A program made the translations under genes and the position numbers. 54,015 bases of DNA from Candidatus Parcubacteria bacterium. Lineage in GTDB: Bacteria; Patescibacteriota; Minisyncoccia; Phycocordibacterales; Phycocordibacteraceae. The notes under the pieces were generated by a model. That model made no database searches. It was given only the letters and a program-made list of their open reading frames with translations, and was not told where the DNA came from. Location: assembly GCA_034666125.1 (NCBI GenBank), contig JAXDML010000006.1, forward strand, positions 1 through 54,015, in the 5' to 3' direction. This document shows positions 40,035-48,513 of this stretch, in pieces (positions within the stretch are counted from its first letter, which is position 1; every line of letters begins with the position of its first letter).

Positions 40035-41705
40035 TTACCCGCGCGGAACGTCCACCACCTTGAATACTTCCTCGAGCGAGGTCTCGCCCGAGAGTGCCTT
40101 CAGGACACCGTCCTGCGCCATGGTGAGGAATCCCTGTCGGCGCGTCGCCTTGTCGATGTCATGCATCGAGGGATTCGCGCGCAGGTACTCGCCCAGCTCC
40201 TCATCCATGAATATGGCCTCGTGCACGCCGACGCGCCCCTTATACCCGGACTTCTCGCCGTCTTCTTTCGCCGCCCACACTTCATCGATGGAGAAGGGCC
40301 GCAACGATTCGTCGGTAAGGCCGGCGAAGATGAGCTCGATGAGGCGCTTCTCCTCGTCGGTCGTCTTGCGCCGAATCTTCGTGTCCTGATCAAGCGTTCG
40401 CACGAGGCGCTGCGCCATGGCCACCGTGATCGCCGAAGCGAAGGTCTTGGGATCGGCGCCCAGGTCGACCAGGCGAGGGAACGCTCCCGCGGCGTTGTTG
40501 GTGTGGAGCGTAGAGAACACGAAGTGTCCGGTGAGCGCTGCCTGTATGGCGACGTCGGCCACTTCCGAGTCGCGGATCTCGCCCACCATGATGACGTCCG
40601 GGTCCTGGCGGAGCACGGAGCGGAGTCCCGAGGCGAAGGTGTAGTCCTTGCCGTTGGTCTGGGTCTGCACGATGCCGGGGAGGTGATACTCGATCGGATC
40701 CTCGATGGTGACCACCTTGATCTCCGGCGTATGGATCTCCTTCAGGAAGGCGTACAGCGTCGTCGTCTTTCCGGAGCCGGTCGGGCCGGTCGTAAGGAGC
40801 ATGCCGGTCGGACGGCGAATCTCCGTTTCGAGCCGTTTCAGAAGCTTCGGGTGGATACCCATTGTGGTGAAAGAATGCTGGATCGAGGTCGGGTCGAGAA
40901 GGCGGAGAACGATGGACTCGCCGTAGTTCCCGGGAATGATCGATGTGCGTATCTCGGCTTCCGAGCCTCCGAGGTCGACCGAGAAACGGCCGTCCTGCGC
41001 GCGGTCGGTGATATTCAACTTGAGTCCCGAGAGGACCTTGATGCGCGAGTTCAAGAGGCGGTACGCATGCTCGTCGAAGGAGAACGTATCGGTGAGGACG
41101 CCGTCGAGACGGAGGCGGAGGCGCACGGCGCCTTCGCCGGGCTCGATATGGATGTCGGACGCCTCAAGCGAAAAGGCCGCGGCGAGCATGCCTTCCAAAA
41201 GCTTGGAAACCTGTTCGGCGTTCTTTACGGAAACGGCCTGGGTCAAGTGCGCGCGCAGCGCGGGAAGGGAATTCAGCTCGCTCCGCAATCGTGCGAGCTC
41301 CTCGCTCGAGATGTCGAAGACCCCGGAACGGGAGCTGTGCGCCAGGGAAAGGTCGTCGTACCGTGCGACGGCCTTCTTGATGCTCGTCCCGGACACGAGG
41401 TACTTCTGCAAAATGTATCCGGCGCTCTCGAGGCCGTTGAGAAGTTTGGTGATCGCGTCGCCGTCGGGGGAGCGCATAGCGAGCGAGAGGTGCTTGCCGT
41501 TCTTATCGAAGGCGACCGCACCGGCGGCCTCGGCCTCGGGCTTCGGTATGACGCGGAGCGCGTCCATGTTGATGGGCAGCACGGAGAGGTCCGTGTACGG
41601 GAGGCCGTATTTCTCGGAAAGGACCTGCGCAAGGTCCTCTTCCTCCTTGGCGCGGGCGCTTGCGAGCTTCAGGTCCTCCGCGTCGGTATCGAAACGGGCA
41701 GGCAT
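40035..41705 (-). CDS. pilB: Type IV pilus assembly / type II secretion ATPase (PilB/GspE family)
   Basis: N-terminal GSPII_E domain (LAQVLSEKYGLPYTDL), Walker A GPTGSGKTTTLYA, Asp box ITIEDPIEY, Walker B VIMVGEIRD, His box TGHFVFSTLHTN. Start MPARFDT at 41705. Confidence 0.9.
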   Translation of the reverse strand: MPARFDTDAEDLKLASARAKEEEDLAQVLSEKYGLPYTDLSVLPINMDALRVIPKPEAEAAGAVAFDKNGKHLSLAMRSPDGDAITKLLNGLESAGYILQKYLVSGTSIKKAVARYDDLSLAHSSRSGVFDISSEELARLRSELNSLPALRAHLTQAVSVKNAEQVSKLLEGMLAAAFSLEASDIHIEPGEGAVRLRLRLDGVLTDTFSFDEHAYRLLNSRIKVLSGLKLNITDRAQDGRFSVDLGGSEAEIRTSIIPGNYGESIVLRLLDPTSIQHSFTTMGIHPKLLKRLETEIRRPTGMLLTTGPTGSGKTTTLYAFLKEIHTPEIKVVTIEDPIEYHLPGIVQTQTNGKDYTFASGLRSVLRQDPDVIMVGEIRDSEVADVAIQAALTGHFVFSTLHTNNAAGAFPRLVDLGADPKTFASAITVAMAQRLVRTLDQDTKIRRKTTDEEKRLIELIFAGLTDESLRPFSIDEVWAAKEDGEKSGYKGRVGVHEAIFMDEELGEYLRANPSMHDIDKATRRQGFLTMAQDGVLKALSGETSLEEVFKVVDVPRG

Positions 41706-41826
41706 GCTGACATCATAGCAGGCCGGAACTGCGCCGTACGTGCTCGGCACGGCACGCACAACGGTTTGACAAAGCGCGTGTTCAGCAGTATGAGTAAGCG
41801 GTGCAGTTCACGCAAGGAGAAGGATC

Positions 41827-42687
41827 ATGAAGCTCTTTTACAGTTCCGCAATCGCGGCCGCATTGGCAACGACAACGCCGGCGCAGGCCCAGACGGGCCG
41901 TTACGCATGTCTCCAGGATATGACCACCGGCGAATATTTCGCCTGGGACACGCAAGTCGACCGGTGGTATTCCTACGACGGCTCGACTAGCCGGGCGCCC
42001 TGCGTCATCCGCAACGGCGTCGCCTACGTCTACGTCTACATCGATCAGCCGGACGTCGTCGTGGTGCAAAGCCCCGTCTACCTCGCTCCCGATTATGGCT
42101 ACAGCTACGGCTATAGCGACTTCTATTCCTATCGGGACGGCTATCGGAACGGGCGCCGGCAAGGCATCCGTGACAGTCGCAACCGCCGGGACAATCGTCG
42201 CCACCGTGACGCCCCCGTCTACGGGAGCTATGGCGGCGGCAATGTTATTCCGCAGCACCATGAACGTCGCGCTGACGGCGGCATCGGCCCGCAAGGGCGC
42301 GACGACGGGCGGCGCGATCACGGCTATGGCACGAACGGGAGTAGCCGGGACCAATACCCGGGCATCCGCGGCAACGGCTCGAATTACGGCCGTCCGAACA
42401 ACGGCTCCGGCGGCTATCAGCCTTTCGTCCCCCGCCGCGGCGACGTCCGCGTGACCTTCCGGGAACGCGAGCGCAACATCGGCGATTCGTTGCGGTTCAC
42501 CCCGCGCCGGGAGTTCCGGAATAATTATCCGTCCGGCAGCTACCGCGACAATTCGCCCCGTGGACGTCCGCAATCGTCCGGCGGATATCACGATCGACCG
42601 TCCGGCAGCTACCGCGGCGGTTCGGACGCCCGGCAATCCCGACCGTCCGACGGCCATCGCAACCGGCCGCGACGCGGCCGCAACTGA
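41827..42687 (+). CDS. Secreted Arg/Gly/Tyr/Asp/Asn-rich low-complexity protein (286 aa)
   Basis: RBS AAGGAGAAGGA. Signal peptide MKLFYSSAIAAALATTTPAQA. About 60-aa folded-looking segment with 2 Cys, then ~200 aa of RG/SY/RD repeats (SGSYRDNSPRGRP, PSGSYRGGSDARQSRP). Confidence 0.6.
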   Translation: MKLFYSSAIAAALATTTPAQAQTGRYACLQDMTTGEYFAWDTQVDRWYSYDGSTSRAPCVIRNGVAYVYVYIDQPDVVVVQSPVYLAPDYGYSYGYSDFYSYRDGYRNGRRQGIRDSRNRRDNRRHRDAPVYGSYGGGNVIPQHHERRADGGIGPQGRDDGRRDHGYGTNGSSRDQYPGIRGNGSNYGRPNNGSGGYQPFVPRRGDVRVTFRERERNIGDSLRFTPRREFRNNYPSGSYRDNSPRGRPQSSGGYHDRPSGSYRGGSDARQSRPSDGHRNRPRRGRN

Positions 42688-42722
42688 CAAGGGCTTCGGC
42701 TCGCGTCTTGAAATGGGCTCAC

Positions 42723-42750
42723 TGCGTGGAAGCGCAGTGGGCTCGTTTTG
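42723..42750 (+). terminator. Hairpin terminator after the RGY-rich gene
   Basis: CACTGCG-TGGAAG-CGCAGTG followed by GGCTCGTTTTG. Confidence 0.45.
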
Positions 42751-42763
42751 TTACAATCAATGC

Positions 42764-43207
42764 ATGCAGCGGACCCTTCCCACGCTCGAATTCCTTGCCG
42801 CCGAAGCGGATGCGTTCGCTGCGCAGCTTACGCCGCGCAGCAATGAAGCTACGCTCGTGACGCTCTCCGGCGAACTCGGCGCTGGGAAGACCTCCTTTAC
42901 TCAGGCGCTCGCACGGACCCTCGGCGTTACCGAGCACGTCACGAGCCCCACGTTCGTGCTCGAGAAGATATACGAGCTGCCGGAAGGAGCCGGACGCGGC
43001 TTCGTACGGCTGGTGCACATAGATGCGTATCGTTTGGAGGGAGGAGACGCGCTCGCGCCGCTGAACTTCGCCGCCCTCGTACAGGACCCGAAGAATCTCG
43101 TCGTGCTCGAGTGGCCCGAACGCATCGTAGACGCGCTTCCGACGCCCGCGCATGCCATCGCGCTCGAAGTGCTCCCGGATAACGAGCGCTCTATTACCTA
43201 TGCCTAA
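42764..43207 (+). CDS. tsaE: tRNA t6A37 biosynthesis ATPase TsaE
   Basis: LSGELGAGKTSFTQALAR, VTSPTFVL, HIDAYRL. Overlaps the polA start by 8 nt. Confidence 0.85.
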   Translation: MQRTLPTLEFLAAEADAFAAQLTPRSNEATLVTLSGELGAGKTSFTQALARTLGVTEHVTSPTFVLEKIYELPEGAGRGFVRLVHIDAYRLEGGDALAPLNFAALVQDPKNLVVLEWPERIVDALPTPAHAIALEVLPDNERSITYA

Positions 43208-45626
43208 GAAAATCGAGAAGAAGCCTATTGCGACTGCAAAGACCCTAAAGAAGGAGCGTCTCGTGCTTCTCGATGCGCACGCGATCATTCATCGCGCATA
43301 CCACGCGCTTCCGGATTTCCAGACGCCGACCGGCGAGCCGTCGGGAGCGCTCTACGGCCTCTCCGCGATGCTCCTCAAGATCGTCACGGACCTTAAGCCC
43401 GACTATATCGCCGCCGCGTACGACCTTCCGAAGCCGACGCTCCGCCACGAGGCGTTCGCGGCGTACAAGTCGTCGCGCGTGAAGGTGGACGACGCGCTCG
43501 CAACCCAGCTCGTCACCTCGCGCAGGGTCTTCGAGGCGTTCTGCATACCTATATACGAACGCGAGGGATTCGAAGCCGACGACATCCTCGGCACCATCAC
43601 GCACCTTCTCAAGGAACGCGATGACCTTGACACCATCATCGCCTCGGGCGACATGGACACGCTGCAGCTCGTCGATCAGGGGAAGGTGCGGGTGTACACC
43701 CTCAAGAAGGGACTGAACGACACCATCACGTATGACGAGAAGGCCGTGGTCGAGCGGTACGGTTTCGGTCCGGAACTTGTTCCCGACTGGAAAGGGCTGC
43801 GGGGCGACCCGTCGGATAACATCGTCGGCGTGCCCGGGATCGGCGAGAAGACCGGGACCACGCTCGTGCAGGAATTCGGCACCATCGAGAATCTGTATAA
43901 GACGATAAAGAAAGATGAGCAGAAACTCCTCGACAAAGGCATCAAGCCGCGCATCATCGGGCTCCTTAAGGAGCACGAGGAGGACGCGCTCTTCTCGAAG
44001 ATGCTCGCCACCATACGTACCGACGCGCCCATCGCCTTCAAGCTTCCGGAGGCGGTAGCGACCAACGAGACGACGCTCCCGAAGATCCTCGCGCTCTTCG
44101 ACGAGCTCGGCTTCCGCACGCTGCGCGAGCGCGCGAAGAACGTCTTCCGCAAGGAGGGGGAGCAGATTGCCAACGAGGTCATGCCCGACGACGACGGGGA
44201 CGAGGAGGTCGCCCCGACGAAATTCCAGGAAGCGCAGGTGATGCTCCAGCTCCTCGCGTCCGACCTTACGAATCCGTCGCTCGAGGATATCCTCGCCTTC
44301 ACGAAAGCCCAGACGTTCGCCGCGGCGTACCAGGCGCTCTCGGACCGCATCCAGTCGACCGGGCAGCTCGACGAGGTATACGAACATATCGAGAAGCCGC
44401 TCATCCCCGTCCTGCGCGGGATGGAGCAGCATGGCGTGTGCATCGATAGAAAGGTGCTCGCCGAGCTGTCGAAGAAGTACCAGTCGGAATTGCAGGAGAT
44501 CGAGAAGCGCATCTTCGGGATCGCCGGACGGGAGTTCAACGTGAGCTCGCCGAAACAGCTCGGCGACGTGCTTTTCGACGAGCTCGGCCTCAAGGTGGCG
44601 GGGAAAGCACAGAAGAAGACCGCGACCGGGCAGCGCTCCACGAAGGAGTCGGAGCTTGAGAAGCTCCGCGACGCGCATCCGGTCATCTCCGACATCCTCG
44701 AGCATCGGCAGATACAGAAACTTCTCGGCACGTACGTCGACAGCATCCCGAAGCAGCTCGACAAGCAAGGACGCTTGCACACTTCATATATTCAGACCGG
44801 TGCGGCCACAGGGCGCATGGCCTCGAAGGACCCGAATCTGCAGAACATCCCGATCCGGAGCGACCGCGGCCGCGCGATACGCCACGCCTTCGTCGCGCCC
44901 GAGGGCTTCGTGCTGCTCGGCTTCGACTACTCCCAGATCGAGCTCCGCATAGCTGCCATCCTTTCCGAGGACGAGAAACTCATCGATATATTCCGCTCCG
45001 GACGCGACGTCCATCAGGAGGTCGCCGCAGCAGTCTTCGGCGTGCCAAGCGCGCAGGTCGACCGCGAGATGCGCCGCCGCGCAAAGATCATCAACTTCGG
45101 CATCCTCTACGGCATGGGCGTGAACGCCCTCAAAGCGCAGCTCGGCACCTCCACGGCCGAAGCCCACCAGTTCCACGAGGACTATTTCCGCACGTTCAAC
45201 CGTCTCGCTGAATATCTCGAAGAGACGAAAGGCAAAGCGCGCAGGCTCGGCTTCACCGAAACGCTCTTCGGCCGGCGCCGGGAGTTCTCCGGCATGAAGT
45301 CATCGTTGTCGTACGTACGCGCGCAGGCCGAACGCATGGCCATCAATGCGCCCCTACAGGGCACGCAGGCCGACATCATCAAGCTCGCGATGGTACGCAT
45401 CAGCGGGATGCTGGAGGAAGAAAAGACAGGAGACGACGTGCACCTCATCCTTCAGGTGCATGACGAGCTCGTCTTCGAGATCAAGGAAGCCTGTCTGAAA
45501 AAGATGGCCCCGAAGATCAAGGACCTTATGGAGTCGGTGCTCGACGGATACGAAACCCATGATGTGCCGGTGCTCGCGCAAGGGAAGGCAGGCCCGAACT
45601 GGGGCTCGATGGTACCCTTGGAGTAG
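43200..45626 (+). CDS. polA: DNA polymerase I (5'-3' exonuclease plus polymerase domains)
   Basis: 5' nuclease LLDAHAIIHRAYHA...GDMDTLQL...GVPGIGEKT. Polymerase motif A DYSQIELR, motif B RRRAKIINFGILYGM, motif C LQVHDELVFE. Confidence 0.95.
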   Translation: MPKKIEKKPIATAKTLKKERLVLLDAHAIIHRAYHALPDFQTPTGEPSGALYGLSAMLLKIVTDLKPDYIAAAYDLPKPTLRHEAFAAYKSSRVKVDDALATQLVTSRRVFEAFCIPIYEREGFEADDILGTITHLLKERDDLDTIIASGDMDTLQLVDQGKVRVYTLKKGLNDTITYDEKAVVERYGFGPELVPDWKGLRGDPSDNIVGVPGIGEKTGTTLVQEFGTIENLYKTIKKDEQKLLDKGIKPRIIGLLKEHEEDALFSKMLATIRTDAPIAFKLPEAVATNETTLPKILALFDELGFRTLRERAKNVFRKEGEQIANEVMPDDDGDEEVAPTKFQEAQVMLQLLASDLTNPSLEDILAFTKAQTFAAAYQALSDRIQSTGQLDEVYEHIEKPLIPVLRGMEQHGVCIDRKVLAELSKKYQSELQEIEKRIFGIAGREFNVSSPKQLGDVLFDELGLKVAGKAQKKTATGQRSTKESELEKLRDAHPVISDILEHRQIQKLLGTYVDSIPKQLDKQGRLHTSYIQTGAATGRMASKDPNLQNIPIRSDRGRAIRHAFVAPEGFVLLGFDYSQIELRIAAILSEDEKLIDIFRSGRDVHQEVAAAVFGVPSAQVDREMRRRAKIINFGILYGMGVNALKAQLGTSTAEAHQFHEDYFRTFNRLAEYLEETKGKARRLGFTETLFGRRREFSGMKSSLSYVRAQAERMAINAPLQGTQADIIKLAMVRISGMLEEEKTGDDVHLILQVHDELVFEIKEACLKKMAPKIKDLMESVLDGYETHDVPVLAQGKAGPNWGSMVPLE

Positions 45627-45628
45627 CT

Positions 45629-46297
45629 ATGCTCTACCTCTTCCACGGCTCGGACACGAACAAGGTGCGCACGAAGGCCTTCCAGTGGATCACTGCGGCG
45701 CGCGAGAAAGCACCGGACGCGTACTATGTGCGCCTCGAACCGGGAACCGTGACCGAGGAGTCGCTCCGCGAAGCGCTTGCCATGCAGGGACTCTTTTTCA
45801 GCAAGACGCTCGTGCTCGTCGATAACCCGTTCGAGGATAAGGAGTCTGCCGATGTCGTACTTAATCTTTTGCCGGAGCTCGCCGCGTCACCGAACGCGGT
45901 CGCGCTGCTCGCCCCGAAGCTCATTCCTGCGCGCGTAAAGAAAGTCGAAGCGCATGCCGAGAAGGTATTCAAAATAGATGCGGTCGTGAAAGCGCAGCGC
46001 GGCTTCAATAACGCACTCGTGGGCGCACTCTCCGCACGCAACGGCGAAGCCCTGTGGAAGGAACTCATAAAGGCGTATCGCGCGGGCGACGTCCCCGAAC
46101 AGGTCCATGGGCTTCTTCACTGGAAGGCGCGCGATCTCATGAAGCGCGGCGGCGGTGCGTGGGGCGAGGACGGCGCGCGCAGGCTCTCCCGCGATCTCAT
46201 CGAGCTTCTCGCCGACTCGCGTGGCAAGGACCTCGAACTCGCGCCGGCGCTCGAGCGCTTTGCGCTTTCTCTGGAACCGAAACATACGAATATATGA
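45629..46297 (+). CDS. holA: Probable DNA polymerase III delta subunit (short form)
   Basis: MLYLFHGSD...LFFSKTLVLVDNPF pattern and position after polA. Weak assignment. Confidence 0.45.
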   Translation: MLYLFHGSDTNKVRTKAFQWITAAREKAPDAYYVRLEPGTVTEESLREALAMQGLFFSKTLVLVDNPFEDKESADVVLNLLPELAASPNAVALLAPKLIPARVKKVEAHAEKVFKIDAVVKAQRGFNNALVGALSARNGEALWKELIKAYRAGDVPEQVHGLLHWKARDLMKRGGGAWGEDGARRLSRDLIELLADSRGKDLELAPALERFALSLEPKHTNI

Positions 46298-46854
46298 AAG
46301 CACCACGCATATTACTCATACTTGGAATCCTTCTCGTTGTCCTCGGCCTTAGTGCCATATATCTCTCGCGCGATACGGAGAAAGCTCCTGTCGATGGACC
46401 GACCGCACCCGTCGACATGCAGGCGTCAGGTCAGGTTCTCGATCCTATGCCAGGATGGAAAACATATTCGGATGACGCACTTTCATTCCGTCATCCCCTC
46501 CAGCTTTCTACAAAGTATATACGAGCGTTAAGATGGCCACCGCTCGTGAGCATTTCAGAAGTGAGGTGCGAAACCGGTGAGCGTGGCGAAGCGCGCCTCA
46601 CGGGTATCAATGGTCATACCTATTGTGTCTTTATTTCGCAGGAGGGCGCAGCAGGAAGTATTTACACGAACTATTTTTACGTAACCGAAAAAGACAATAG
46701 GTCCATAACTTTGGACCTAACTCTGCAAGCACCGCAATGCGCGAACTACGACGACCCGCAGAAGACCGAGTGCGAGCGTGAGCGCGAAAGCTTCAACGTT
46801 GACGACCTCGCGGATCGCATCCTGCAAAGCGTTGACGTAAGGACGCTTCCTTAG
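46294..46854 (+). CDS. Membrane-anchored hypothetical protein (186 aa)
   Basis: ATGA overlap with holA. TM ILLILGILLVVLGLSAIYL. Extracytoplasmic domain with 4 Cys. Confidence 0.5.
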   Translation: MKAPRILLILGILLVVLGLSAIYLSRDTEKAPVDGPTAPVDMQASGQVLDPMPGWKTYSDDALSFRHPLQLSTKYIRALRWPPLVSISEVRCETGERGEARLTGINGHTYCVFISQEGAAGSIYTNYFYVTEKDNRSITLDLTLQAPQCANYDDPQKTECERERESFNVDDLADRILQSVDVRTLP

Positions 46855-47489
46855 GAACGACGTTTCCTTTTTAGTACCTTCAGCCAGGGCGCCATCGGAA
46901 GCCGTTTGTACCGGTGCATCCAAAGGAAGCCTACGACGCTTATGAGAAGCGCGCCGACGCTGTCGGCGACGAGGTCGACGACCGTATCCTCGAGGCTCTC
47001 CGCCCATGCGCTTCCGAAGATCTGATCACCGACGAATTCCCAGATCTCCCACAACGCGCCGATAGCGATCGCAAAGGAGACAGCGAACAGCGATATGAAG
47101 ATCGGGCTCAGTTGAAGACCGTATTGCTTATGCTCGTTCAGGAAATAGGCGAGCAGATAGCCGGCCATACCGAACAACAGGCCCGATTGGAAATGCAAAA
47201 GAGTATCCCAGAAAGGGATGCGATCGTAGAAGCGCGCCACTTCGCCGAGGAACGCGGTGAAGAAGACGAAGAGTCCGACGCTCAGGTCAAAGAAGAAGGG
47301 GTAGAAGAAGCGATATTTCCGCTTAAGCAGGGAAGGTAGAAGGATCGCGAACAGTATCAGTACCGTACTGCCCGCCGAGGCGATATCGCCGCGCCACATG
47401 AAAAGCAGGACCGCGACGACGAGCCACGCGCGAATGCCCCAGTATATGGCCAGGGTGAGCCCGTTTCTCTGTGCGATCGGCGTATCCAT
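46851..47489 (-). CDS. Polytopic membrane protein (possibly YjdF/DUF2238-like)
   Basis: Six hydrophobic helices. Start MDTPIAQ at 47489 chosen because the ORF-track start would overlap the tRNA. Confidence 0.5.
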   Translation of the reverse strand: MDTPIAQRNGLTLAIYWGIRAWLVVAVLLFMWRGDIASAGSTVLILFAILLPSLLKRKYRFFYPFFFDLSVGLFVFFTAFLGEVARFYDRIPFWDTLLHFQSGLLFGMAGYLLAYFLNEHKQYGLQLSPIFISLFAVSFAIAIGALWEIWEFVGDQIFGSAWAESLEDTVVDLVADSVGALLISVVGFLWMHRYKRLPMAPWLKVLKRKRRS

Positions 47490-47495
47490 GACTTG

Positions 47496-47568
47496 TCCGC
47501 CCACCAGGGCTCGAACCTGGGACCGTCTCCTTAAAAGGGAGCTGCTCTACCAACTGAGCTATGGGCGG
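47496..47568 (-). tRNA. tRNA-Lys (anticodon UUU), no encoded CCA
   Basis: Minus strand reads CCGCCCA-TA-GCTC-AGTTGGTA-GAGC-A-GCTCC-CTTTTAA-GGAGA-CGGTC-CCAGG-TTCGAGC-CCTGG-TGGGCGG-A. This is a cloverleaf with a 7-bp acceptor stem and a TTCGAGC T-loop. Followed by CAA, not CCA. Confidence 0.9.
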
Positions 47569-47585
47569 TTTTACAACCGTACCAC

Positions 47586-48509
47586 TTAGTAACTATAGAT
47601 ATCAACCGTGCGACCCTGGGGATCGAGAAGGCGGATGCTCTCGTTGTCGCTGCGCCAGAGCTCGTGATTCTGATTGAGGTACACGCGCCAGGTGCGGCCG
47701 CGGAAGTCGCTGTCGTTGAAATGCGCGTCGACACAGCCCTGATAATTGAAACGCGCTTCGATGAAGCGTTCGCACTCGGTCGAGGCATCGCGCGGGATGT
47801 CGGGACGCGCTTCGCAGCGCGGGAAGCGGCTCACGATGTCGCGGCATTCCTGGTACGACGATGCGTCGCCCGTATACCCGCGCCCGAGCTCGTCGGTAGG
47901 GGGCGGGCAGCTGCGGTTGGCGAGAGGCGGCACGAAGGACGTGACGCCGAGATATCCGACGCACTTGTTCTCGCGGAAGGAAGTTCCGGCCGGTGACCTG
48001 CCGGTCGTGACGACGGCCTCCTCGCCCTTCGCAAGCACGATGTCCGTGATCGTGCCGCTCCTCGGGGCGACCGTGCCCTGCGGCAGCATCACGCTCGCGC
48101 CGCTCTTGGTGCTCACGAGCCGGTATCCGGTGATGTCGACGGAGTCCGCTTCCGCCCGGAGCGCGACGTACTCGCGGTCGGCAGTGCTTCCCGACGGGCC
48201 GCCAGCGCCGCTTATGATCCGCACCCTCCCGGCCTCCGGCGACACGGCGCCGATGTCCTCGCTCTGCCCGACGCTGTTCTCGAAACGCCCGAAGACGCTC
48301 TTGACGCTCCAGAGTCCTGAGCCCGACCCGGTGTCGCTCCTCCCTACCTCTATCTGGTCACCGTACCCAGTCTGGACGTCGCCTACGTCCGTGATAGGCG
48401 TGATGAACGGGCCGGCAAAGGAGATAGGCCGCGTAGGGCCGCCGGTGGATACCCACAGCACGAAGGCGAACACGAATACGGCGATGACTATCCAGGCGTC
48501 TCCTCCCAT
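47586..48509 (-). CDS. Membrane-anchored protein with a lamin-tail-domain-like module and a Cys-rich region
   Basis: TM WIVIAVFVFAFVLWV. REYVALRAEADSVDITGYRLVS...GEEAVVTTG and C-terminal ESIRLLDPQGRTVDIYSY resemble LTD patterns. Seven Cys lie between them. Confidence 0.45.
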   Translation of the reverse strand: MGGDAWIVIAVFVFAFVLWVSTGGPTRPISFAGPFITPITDVGDVQTGYGDQIEVGRSDTGSGSGLWSVKSVFGRFENSVGQSEDIGAVSPEAGRVRIISGAGGPSGSTADREYVALRAEADSVDITGYRLVSTKSGASVMLPQGTVAPRSGTITDIVLAKGEEAVVTTGRSPAGTSFRENKCVGYLGVTSFVPPLANRSCPPPTDELGRGYTGDASSYQECRDIVSRFPRCEARPDIPRDASTECERFIEARFNYQGCVDAHFNDSDFRGRTWRVYLNQNHELWRSDNESIRLLDPQGRTVDIYSY

Positions 48510-48513
48510 ATGG

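Noticed and set aside
41782-42690. 302-aa minus-strand ORF opposite the RGY-rich gene
   Set aside because: Both frames are open because the DNA is low-complexity. The plus frame has a strong RBS, an ATG and a canonical signal peptide, while the minus frame has none of these. Some uncertainty remains.
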